NCBI RefSeq assembly: GCF_006345805.1
Contig: NW_021833453.1
Span: forward strand, 8,255-72,254
Direction of reading: 5' to 3'
DNA: 64,000 nt
DNA from: Octopus sinensis
Lineage: Eukaryota
The notes below the pieces were generated by a model. It was given only the letters and a program-made list of their open reading frames with translations. It was not told the DNA's origin and made no database searches. The position numbers and the translations under genes were made by a program. Positions 22,816 to 34,400 of this stretch are shown here, piece after piece; the stretch's first letter is position 1; each line of letters begins with the position of its first letter.

Positions 22816-23535
22816 TCTACTAATACTACTACTATTTGTACTACTACTACTACTAATAATAATACTTACTATAACTACTACTACTATAACTACTACTACT
22901 ACTACTAATACTACTAATACTAGTACTACTACTTCGACTACTACTACTACTAATACTTCTACTATTTGAACTACTACTAATTCTACTAATGCTACACAAA
23001 ACAAACGAAAAAACACGCCTCACGCACAAAACACCCGCGAAACAGACGCAAAGCACACAAAACAAACAAAAAACACAGACAAAACAAATACAAAACACAC
23101 AAAACACAAAAAGCACAAAAAACACAGAAAAAACACCATAAGGCAAAACTAACACACTAAAAACAAGCATTACCCAAAAAACACAAAAAGCACAAAAAAC
23201 AAGCAAAACTCACATAAAACAAAAACAAAAGACTTTTCAAATGCATAAAAAAGATGCATAAAAAAGACAAAACACAAAAAGTCTTGTGTTTACAAGACAC
23301 TCTCAAAACACACTCAAAACACACTCAAAACACACAAAAACTACACACAAAACAAGCACTAAAGACTCTTAAAAGACACAAAACACTCTTGAAAGCACAA
23401 ATAAAACACACAAAATACACACAAGAAACATAGTAAAAAAAATCAAAATACTCAAAAGTCACAAAAAACAGACACAAAAACACACAAAACAAACACAAAA
23501 ACTCTTCAAAGACACTAAAAAGACACAAAAAACAC
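22816..23535 (+). repeat. (TAC)n tract followed by AC-rich low-complexity tract
   Basis: Same two sequence types as 21757-22214, in reversed order on the same strand. Confidence 0.85.
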
Positions 23536-23539
23536 TTTT

Positions 23540-24317
23540 TTGACTTGAGTGATCTCTTCGGTAAATATAAGTTAACTGATTGATAAAAAGCTTATATTTA
23601 TCCAAGAGGTCACTGAAGTCTCGAAAGTTTTCAGGCATATGTCTTTTGGATCAGTTTTTTGTGACTTTTTTGTTTTGAGTGTCTTTTGAGTGTTTTCGGT
23701 TGTTTTCTGTGTATTTTTTGTGTGTTTTCAAAATTGCTAATTTAAATTTGCAATATTGGATCCTTCGGGATACAATATTGCAAATTTAAATTAGCAATTT
23801 TGATAAATTTTGATAAATTTAATTTTTTTATCAATCAGCTAACTTGTATTTACCCAAAGAGATCACTCAATTCATAAAAGCTTTCAGAAAAGAAAACCTG
23901 TCAAATAAGCATAACAAATTGAACAAAATTGCTAATTCAAATTTGTTGTTTTTTAGTACTTATTTGCAATATTTTCATGTATTTTTTTAATCTGAAAACT
24001 TTTGACACTTTAGTGATCTCTTTGATAAATATAAATCCAAGAGTTCACTCAATTCATAAAACTTTTCAGAAAATAAAATGTGTCAAAATATTGCAAATAA
24101 GTATTAAAAAAAAAAAGTGTCAAAAGTTTCCAAGATACATGTGTCAATGTATTGCAAATGCGTATTTAAAAAACAACAAATATGAATTAGCAAATTTTGT
24201 TCATTTTTTATGCTTATTTGCAATATTTTGACACATTTTATACCCTGAAAACATTTGAGACTTCAGTGATTTCTTGAGTAATTATAAGATCAAAAGTTTT
24301 CAAGATACAGAATATGT
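23540..24317. repeat. Diverged monomers related to the 141-bp AT satellite, mixed orientations
   Basis: GTGATCTCT, ATAAGTTAACTGATTGATAAAAAGCTTATATTTATCCAAGAG and CAAAATATTGCA motifs and their reverse complements. Confidence 0.8.
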
Positions 24318-24825
24318 CAGTGCCTCTGACTCACCAAAGATTATGTCAAACCTCTGGAGATCGTTTATCATGTTCAGTCATCTGGTGCAGGGCTTGCCAT
24401 GGGGACCTTCCAGCTTATGGCTGAATGGTCTTAGGGAGGTCATCGTGCATATAGCTGACCAGGTAAAATGATGCTTTGCATCCCTGGCAACCCTGTAACA
24501 GTGCCTCTGCATCACCCAAGATTATATCAAAACTCTGGAGATCATCGTTTATCATGTTCAATCATCTGGTGCAGCGTTTCCCATGGGGTCCCTTTCAGCC
24601 TCTAGCTGAATGGTCTTAGGGAGGTCATCGTGCATAGAGCTGACCAAGTCCAAAAATGCTTCCAATCCCTGGCAACCCTGCACCAGTGCTTCTGCATCAC
24701 CCAAGATTATATAAAACCTCTGAAGATCATTCTTTATCATGTTCAGACATCTGGTGCAAGGCTTGCCATGGGGTCCCTTCCAGCCTGTAGCTGAATGGTC
24801 TTGGGGAGTTCATCGGGCATAGAGC
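24318..24825 (-). repeat. 185-bp GC-rich satellite, ~2.7 inverted copies
   Basis: Reverse complement of the 24835-28547 unit. Confidence 0.9.
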
Positions 24826-24834
24826 AGAGTCCAA

Positions 24835-27800
24835 TATGCACGATGACCTCCCTAAGACCATTCAGCTACAGGCTGGAAGGGAACCCTGCACCAGATGACT
24901 GAACATGATAAACGAAAATCTCCAGAAATTTGATATAATCTTGGGTGATTTAGAGGCACTGGTACAGGGTTGGCAGGGATGGGAAGCATTATTGGACTTG
25001 GTCAGCTCTATGCACGATGACCTCCCCAAGACCATTCAGCTACAGGCTGGAAGGGACCCCATGACAAGCCCTGCACCAGATGGCTGAACGTGATAAACGA
25101 TGATCTCAAGAGGTTTGATATAATCTTGGGTGATACAGATGCACTAGTACAGGGTTGCCAGGGATGGGAAGAATTATTGGACTTGGTCAGCTCTACGCCC
25201 GATGACCTCCCCAAGACCATTCAGCTACAGGCTTGAAGGGACCCCATGGCAAGCCCTGCACCAGATGTCTGAACATGATAAAGAATGATCTTCAGAGGTT
25301 TGATATAATCTTGGGTGATGCAGAGGCACTGGTGCAGGGTTGCCAGGGATGGGAAGCATTATTGGACTTGGTCAGCTCTGTGCACGATGACCTCCCTAAG
25401 ACCATTCAGCTACAGGCTGGAAGGGTCCCCAAGGCAAGCCCTGCACCAGATGGCTAAACATGATAAACGATGATCTCAAGAGGTTTGATATAATCTTGGG
25501 TGATACAGATGCACTGGTACAGGGTTGCCAGGGATGGGAAGCATTGTTGGACTTGGTCAGCTATATGCACGATGACCTCCCTAAGACCATTCAGCTACAG
25601 GCTGGAAGGGACCCCATGGCAAGCCCTGCACCAGATGTCTGAACATGATAAAGAATGATCTTCAGAGGTTTGATATAATCTTGGGTGATGCAGAGGCATT
25701 GGTGCAGGGTTGCCAGAGATGGGAAGCGTCATTGGACTTGGTCAGCTATATGCACGATGACCTCCCTAAGACCATTCAGCTACAGGCTTGAAGGGACCCA
25801 ATGGCAAGCCCTGCACCAGATGGCTGAACTTGATAAACGATGATCTCAAGAGGTTTGATATAATCTTGGGTGATGCAGGGGCACTGGTACAGGGTTGGCA
25901 GGGATGGGAAGCATTATTGGACTTGGTCAGCTCTATGCACGATGACCTCCGCAAGACCATTCAGCTACAGGCTTGAAGGGACCCCAAGGATAGCCCTGCA
26001 CCAGATGACTGAACATGATAAATGAACATCTCCAGATGTTTGATATAATCTTTGGTGATGCAGGGGCACTGGTACAGGGTTGCCAGGGATGGGAAGAATT
26101 ATTGGACTTGGTCAGCTCTATGCACGATGACCTCCCTAAGACCATTCAGCTACAGGCTGGAAGGGACCCCATGGCAAGCCCTGCACCAGATGGCTAAACA
26201 TGATAAACGATGATCTCCAGAGGTTTGATATAATCTTGGGTGATGCAGAGGCACTGGTACAGGGTTGCAAGGGATGGGAAGCATTATTGGACTTGGTCAG
26301 CTATATGCACGATGACTTCCCTAACACCATTCAGCTACAGGCTTGAAGGGACCCCATGGCAAGCCCTGCACCAGATGTCTGAACATGATAAACGATGATC
26401 TTAAGAGTTTGATATAATCTTGGGTGATACAGAGGCATTGGTACAGGGTTGCCAGGGATGGGAAGAATTATTAGACTTGGTCAGCTCTATGCCCGATGAC
26501 CTCCCCAAGACCATTCAGCTACAGTCTGGAAGGGACCCCATGGCAAGCCCTGCACCAGATGGCTAAACATGATAAACGATGATCTCAAGAGGTTTGATAT
26601 AATCTTGGGTGATACAGAGGCATTGGTACAGGGTTGCCAGGGATGGGAAGAATTATTGGACTTGGTCAGCTCTATGCACGATGACCTCCCTAAGACCATT
26701 CAGCTACAGTCTGGAAGGGACCCCATGGCAAGCCCTGCACCAGATGGCTAAACATGATAAACGATGATCTCCAGAGGTTTGATATAATCTTGGGTGATGC
26801 AGAGGCACTGGTACAGGGTTGCAAGGGATGGGAAGCATTATTGGACTTGGTCAGCTATATGCACGATGACTTCCCTAACACCATTCAGCTACAGGCTTGA
26901 AGGGACCCCATGGCAAGCCCTGCACCAGATGGCTGAACATGATAAACGATGATCTTAAGAGGTTTGATATAATCTTGGGTGATACAGAGGCATTGGTACA
27001 GGGTTGCCAGGGATGGGAAGAATTATTAGACTTGGTCAGCTCTATGCCCGATGACCTCCCCAAGACCATTCAGCTACAGGCTGGAAGGGACCCCATGGAC
27101 AGCCCTGCACCAGATGGCTAAACATGATAAACGATGATCTCAAGAGGTTTGATATAATCTTGGGTGATACAGAGGCATTGGTACAGGGTTGCAAGGGATG
27201 GGAAGCATTATTGGACTTGGTCAGCTATATGCACGATGACTTCCCTAACACCATTCAGCTACAGGCTTGAAGGGACCCCATGGCAAGCCCTGCACCAGAT
27301 GGCTGAACATGATAAACGATGATCTCCAGAGGTTTGATATAATCTTGGGTGATGCAGAGGCACTGGTACAGGGTTGCAAGGGATGGGAAGCATTATTGGA
27401 CTTGGTCAGCTCTATGCACGATGACCTCCCTAAGACCATTCAGCTACAGGCTGGAAGGGTCCCCATGGCAAGCCCTGCACCAGATGGCTAAACATGATAA
27501 ACGATGATCTCAAGAGGTTTGATATAATCTTGGGTGATGCAGAGGCACTGATGCAGGGTTGCCAGAGATGGGAAGCATCATTGGACTTGGTCAGCTATAT
27601 GCACGATGACCTCCCTAAGACCATTCAGCTACAGGCTTGAAGGGACCCCATGGCAAGCCCTGCACCAGATGTCTGAACATGATAAAGAATGATCTCAAGA
27701 GGTTTTATATAATCTTGTGAGATGCAGAGGCACTGGTACAGGGTTGCCTAGGGATGGGAAGAATTATTGGACTTGGTCAGCTCTATGCCCGATGACCTCC

Positions 27801-28547
27801 CCAAGACCATTCAGCTACAGGCTTGAAGGGACCCCATGGCAAGCCCTGCACCAGATGTCTGAACATGATAAAGAATGATCTTCCGAGGTTTTATATAATC
27901 TTGGGTGATGCAGAGGCACTGGTACAGGGTTGCCTAGGGATGGGAAGAATTATTGGACTTGGTCAGCTCTATGCCCGATGACCTCACCAAGACCATTCAG
28001 CTACAGGCTTGAAGGGACCCCATGGCAAGCCCTGCACCAGATGTATGAATATGATAAAGAATGATCTTCAGAGGTTGATATAATCTCTGGTGATGCAGAG
28101 GCACTGGTGCAGGGTTGCCAGAGATGGGAAGCGTCATTGGACTTGGTCATCTATATGCACGATGACCTCCCTAAGACCATTCAGCTACAGGCTGGAAGGG
28201 ACCCCATGGCAAGCCCTGCACCAGATGGCTGAACTTGATAAACGATGATCTCAAGAGGTTTGATATAATCTTGGTGATACAGAGGCATTGGTACAGGGAT
28301 GCCAGGAATGGGAAGCATTATTGGACCTGGTCAGCTCTATGCACGATGACCTCCCTAACACCATTCAGCTACAGGCTGGAAGGGACCCCAAGGATAGCCC
28401 TGCACCAGATGACTGAACATGATAAATGAACATCTCCAGATGTTTGATATAATCTTTGGTGATGCAGGGGCACTGGTACAGGGTTGGCAGGGATGGGAAG
28501 CATTATTGGACTTGGTCATCTCTATGCACGATGACCTCCCTAAGACA
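24835..28547 (+). repeat. 185-bp ~50% GC tandem satellite, ~20 copies
   Basis: The marker CCCTGCACCAGATG recurs every ~185 bp. ORF starts at 25460 and 26015 differ by 555 (3x185), and 26897 and 27267 differ by 370 (2x185). Confidence 0.97.
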
Positions 28548-30440
28548 GACACAAAAGACTCTTAAAAGACATTTAAAAAGACATAAAAAATATTTTTGTT
28601 TTCTCTGTGTTTTATAAGAACTTATAAAACACAGACAAAACAAAAATAAGAAAACAAAAATAAGAAAAAAAATAAGAAAAAAATATGCAAAAATAACACA
28701 AAAAACACAAAACAATACCAAAATGTCACTAAAGTGTTAAAAGTTTTCAGGTTAGAAAATGTCAAAATATTGCAAATATGTACTAAATTAAAACAAATTT
28801 CAATTGGCAATTTTGATCACTGTGTTATGCTTATTTGCAATACTTTGACACATTCTGAAAACTTCTGAGATATGAATAAAACGTGTCTAAATATTGCAAA
28901 TAATTTCTAAACAATCAGAAAATTGAATTAGCAATTTTGGTCACTTTTTTATGCTTCTTTGCAATATTTTGATACATTTTGTTTTCTGAAACTTTTGTGA
29001 ATTGTATGATCTCTCGTTAACTGGTTGATTATAAGATTATATTTATCCAAGAGATCACTGAATTCTCGAACGTTCTCAGGCTACAAAATGTGAACAAAAT
29101 TGCAAATTGAAATTTGTTGTCTTTTAGTACATATTTGCAATAATTTGACACATTTTGTATCCTAAAAAATTTTGACATTTTTTTATCTATTTCATAAATA
29201 TAATCAGCTAACTTGTATTTACACTAGAGATCACACAAGTTTGTTGTTTTTTCGCACTTATTCACAATATTTTGACATATTTTGTATCCTGGAAACTTTT
29301 CACAATTTGGTGATCTCTTTGATAAATATAATCTTATTATTTACCGAAGAGATCACAGTTTTTGTGCTTAGTTTGTGTGAGTTTTGTTTTATTTTGTTTC
29401 ACATGTCTTTTGTGTCAGTTTTTTGTGACTTTTGTGTTTTAAGTGTCTTTTGAGTGTTTTTATTTGTTTTCTGTGTATTTTGTGTGTGTTTTCAAAATTG
29501 CTAATTTAAATTTGCAATATTGTATCCTGAAAACTTTTGATAAATTTAATTTTTTTATACACAAGAGATCACTGAATTCATAAAAGCTTTCAGAAAAATA
29601 AAACCTGTCAAATAAGCATAACAAATTGAACAAAATTGCTATTTCAAATTTGTTGTTTTTTAGTACTTATTTGCAATATTTTAACGTATTTTTTTAATCT
29701 GAAAACTTTTGACAATTTAGTGATCTCTTTGATAAATCTAATCTTATCAATCAGCTGTTACATTTATCCATGAGTTCACTCAATTCATAAAAACTTTTCA
29801 GAAAATAAAATGTGCCAAAATATTGGAAATAAGCAAAAAAATCTGAACAAAATTGCAAATTTAAATTAAACTTTTGATACTTCTGTGATCTCTGATAAAT
29901 ATAATCAGTTTTACCAAATAGAGAAAACAAAATGTGTCAAAATATTGCAAATAAGCATAAAAAAGTGAACCACGTTGCTAATTCAAATTTGTACTTCTTT
30001 AGTATATGCAATATTTTAAAACATTTTGTATCCTGAAATCTTTTGATACTTTAATGATCTCTTTGATAGATATAATCTCTAAGAAACAAATTTGAATTAG
30101 CAACTTTGTTCACTGCTTAGTGTTTGGGTAATAAAATTATATTTATCACAGAGATCACTAAGGTTTTCAGAATAGAAAATGTGTCGAGATATTGCATAAA
30201 AAAAACAAATTTAAATTAGCAAACTTTTGTGATTTCAGTGATCTCTTGGGAAAATCTTTAATAAGATTATAATAAGATTACATTTATATAAGTATTCACT
30301 AAACTTTTCAGAATACAAAATGGGTCAAATATTGCAAATGGGTATTAAAAAAACAACAAATTTGAATTAGCAAATTTTGTTCATTTTTTATGCTTATTTG
30401 CAATATTTTGACACGTTTTGTATCCTGAAAAGTTTTCAAG
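28548..30440. repeat. AC/GT-rich tracts and diverged, palindromic AT-satellite-related monomers
   Basis: AC-rich 28548-28720, GT-rich 29358-29495, and many CAAAATATTGCAAAT / ATTTGCAATATTTTG pairs. Confidence 0.8.
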
Positions 30441-30444
30441 ATAC

Positions 30445-31430
30445 ACAATGTATCAGTGCCTCTGATTCACCCAAGATTATATCAAACTTCTGGAGATCAT
30501 TGTTTATCATGTTTAGTCATCTGGTGCAGAGCTTGCCGTGGCGTCCCTTCGAGCTTATAGCTGAATGGTCTTAGGGATGTCATCGTGAACAGAGCATACC
30601 AGGTCAAATAATGGTGCCCATCCCTGGCAAACCTGCACCAGTGCCTCTGCATAACCGAAGATTATATCAAACCTCTGTAGATCATTGTTTATCATGTTCA
30701 GACATCCGGTGCAGGGCTTGCCATGGAGCCCCTTCCAGCCTGTAGGTGAATGGTTTAGGGAGGTCATCGTGAACAAAGATGACCAGGTCCAATGATGCTC
30801 CCAATCCCTGGCAAAACTGCACCAGTAGCTCTGCATCACCCAAGATTATATCAAACCTCTGAAGATCATTCTTCATCATGTTCAGACATCTGGTGCAGGG
30901 CTTGTCATTGGGTCCCTTCCAGCCTGTAGCTGAATAGTCTTAGGGAGGTCATCGTGCACAGAGCTGACCAGGTCCAATGATGCTTCCCAACTCTGAATAA
31001 AACCAGACCAGTACCTCTGCATCATCCAAGATTATATTAAACATCTGGAGATCATCGTTTATCATGTTCAGTAATCAGGTGCAGGGCTTGCCATGGGATC
31101 CTTTCAGCCTGTAGCTGAATGGTCTTAGGGAGGTCATCGTGCACAGAGCTGACCAGGTCCAATGATGCTTCCCATCCCTGGCAACACTGCACCAGTGCCT
31201 CTGCATCATCCAAGATTATATCAAACCTCTGAAGATCATTGTTTACCATGTCCAGACATCTGGTGTAGGGCATGCCATGGGGTCCCTTCCAGCCTGTAGG
31301 TGAATGGTCTTAGGGAGGTCATCGGGCACAGATTTGACCAAGTCCAATAATGCGTCCCATCCCTGGCAACACTGTAACAGTGCCTGTAAGTCACCTGAGA
31401 TTATATCAAACCTCTGGAGATCATAGTTTA
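30445..31430 (-). repeat. 185-bp GC-rich satellite, ~5.3 inverted and more diverged copies
   Basis: Reverse-complement units with more substitutions than the + array. Confidence 0.92.
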
Positions 31431-34400
31431 TCAAGTTTTCAGGTTAGAAAATGTCAAAATATTGCATGTGTACTTGAAAAAACAACAAAAAATTTAGTGA
31501 TCTCTTAGCTAAATATGAATTAACTGATTGATAAACAGCTTATATTTATCCAAGAGATCACTAAAATCTCAAAAGTTTTCAGGTCAGAAAATGTCAAAAT
31601 ATTGCATATGTGTACTTGAAAAACAAAAAAAAATTTAGTGATCTCTTAGCTAAATATAAGTAAACTGAATGATAAAAAGCTTATATTTACCCAAGAGATC
31701 ACTAAAATCGCTAAAGTTTTCAGGTTAGAAAATGTCAAAATATTGCATATGTGTACTTAAAAAACAAAAAAAATTTAGTGATCTCTTCGCTAAATATAAG
31801 TTAACTGATGATAAAAAGCTTATATTTATCCAACAGATCACTAAAATCTCAAAAGTTTTCAGGTTAGAAAATGTCAAAATATTGCATATGTGTACTTGAA
31901 AAACAACAAAAAATTTAGTGATCTCTTAGCTAAATATAAGTTAAATGATTGATAAAAAGCTTTTATTTATCCAAGAGATCACTAAATTCGCAAAAGTTTT
32001 CAGGTTAGAAAATGTCAAAATATTGCATATGTGTACTTGAAAAACAACAAAAAATTTAGTGATCTCTTAGCTAAATATATGTTAACTGATTGATAAAAAG
32101 CTTATATTTATCCAAGAGATCACTAAAATCTCAAAAGTTTTCAGGTTAGAAAATGTCAAAATATTGCATATGTGTACTTGAAAAACAACAAAAAATTTTG
32201 TGATCTCTTAGCTAAATATAAGTTAACTGATTGATAAAAAGCTTATATTTATCCAAGAGATCACTAAAATCGCAAAAGTTTTCAGGTTAGAAAATGTCAA
32301 AATATTGCATATGTGTACTTGAAAAACAACAAAAAATTTAGTGATCTCTTAGCTAAATATAAGTTAACTGATTGATAAAAAGCTTATATTTATCCAAGAG
32401 ATCACTAAAATCGCAAAAGTTTTCAGGTTAGAAAATGTCAAAATATTGCATATGTGTACTTGAAAAACAACAAAAAATTTAAAGCTAAATATAAGGTAAC
32501 TGATTGATAAAAAGCTTATATTCATCCAAGAGATCACTAAAATCTCAAAAGTTTTCAAGTTAGAAAATGTCAAAATATTACATATGTGAACTTGAAAACA
32601 ACAAAAAATTTAATGATCTCTTAGCTAAATATAAGTAAACTGAATGATGAAAAGCTTATATTTACCCAAGAGATCACTAACGCAAAAGTTTTCAGGTTAG
32701 AAAATGTCAAAATATTGCATAAGTGTACTTGAAAAACAACAAAAAATTTAGAGATCTAATAGCTAAATATAAGGTAACTGATTGATAAAAAGCTTATATT
32801 TATCCAAGAGATCACTAAAATCTCAAAAGTTTTCAGGTTAGAAGATATCAAAATATTGCATATGTGTACTTGAAAAACAACAAAAAATTTAGTGATCTCT
32901 TCGCTAAATATAAGTTAACTGATTGATAAAAACCTTATATGTATCCAATATATCACTAAAGTCTCAAACGTTTTCAGGTTGGAAAATGCCAAAATATTGC
33001 ATATGTGTTCTTGAAAAACAACAAAAAATTTAATGATCTCTTAGCTAAATATAAGTTAGCTGATTGATAAAAAGCTTAACCAAGAGATCACTAAAATCGC
33101 AAAAGTTTTCAGGTTAGAAAATGTCAAAATATTGCATATGTGTACTTGAAAAACAACAAAAAATTTAGAGCTAAATATAAGTTAACTGATTGATAAAAAG
33201 CTTAGATTCATCCAAGAGATCACTAAAATCTCAAAAGTTTTCAGGTTAGAAAATGTCAAAATATTGCATATGTGAACTTGAAAAACAACAAAAAATTTAG
33301 TGATCTCTTAGCTAAATATAAGTTAACTGAATGATAAAAAGCTTATATTTACCCAAGAGATCACTAACGCAAAAGTTTTCTGGTTACAAAATGTCAAAAT
33401 ATTGCATATGTGTACTTGAAAAACAACAAAAATTTAGTGATCTAATAGCTAAATATAAGGTAACTGTTGATAAAAAGCTGATATTTATCCAACAGATCAC
33501 TAAAATCTCAAAAGTTTTCAGGTTAGAAAATGTCAAAATATTGCATATGTGTACTTGAAAAACAACAAAAATTTAGAGCTAAATATAAGTTAACTGATTG
33601 ATAAAAAGCTTATATTTATCTAAGAGATCACTAAAATCTCAAAAGTTTTCAGTTAGAAAATGTCAAAATATTGCATATGTGTACTTGAAAAACAACAAAA
33701 AATTTAGTGATCTAATAGCTAAATATAAGCTAACTGATTGATAAAAAGCTTATATTTATCCAAGAGATCACTAAAATCTCAAAAGTTTTCAGGTTAGAAG
33801 ATATCAAAATATTGCATATGTGTACTTGAAAAACAACAAAAAATTTAGTGATCTCATAGCTAAATATAAGTTAACTGATTGATAAAAACCTTATATGTAT
33901 CCAATATATCACTAAAGTCTCAAACGTTTTCAGGTTAGAAAATGCCAAAATATTGCATATGTGTTCTTGAAAAACAACAAAAAATTTAATGATCTCTTAG
34001 CTAAATATAAGTTAGCTGATTGATAAAAAGCTTAACCAGAGATCACTAAAATCGCAAAAGTTTTCACGTTACAAAATGTCAAAATTTGCATATGTGTACT
34101 TAAAAAACAACAAAAATTTAGAGCTAAATATAAGTTAACTGATTGATAAAAAGCTTATATTCATCCAAGAGATCACTAAAATCTCAAAAGTTTTCAGGTT
34201 AGAAAATGTCAAAATATTGCATATGTGAACTTGAAAAACAACAAAAAATTTAGTGATCTCTTAGCTAAATATAAGTTAACTGAATGAAAAAAAGCTTATA
34301 TTTACCCAAGAGATCACTAACGCAAAAGTTTTCTGGTTACAAAATGTCAAAATATTGCATATGTGTACTTGAAAAACAACAAAAAATTTAGTGATCTAAT

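Noticed and set aside
21738-23528. Thr/Lys/Gln-rich and Val/Phe/Cys-rich ORFs (mucin-like or membrane-like)
   Set aside because: They arise from AC-rich and (TAC)n simple sequence that lacks stop codons.
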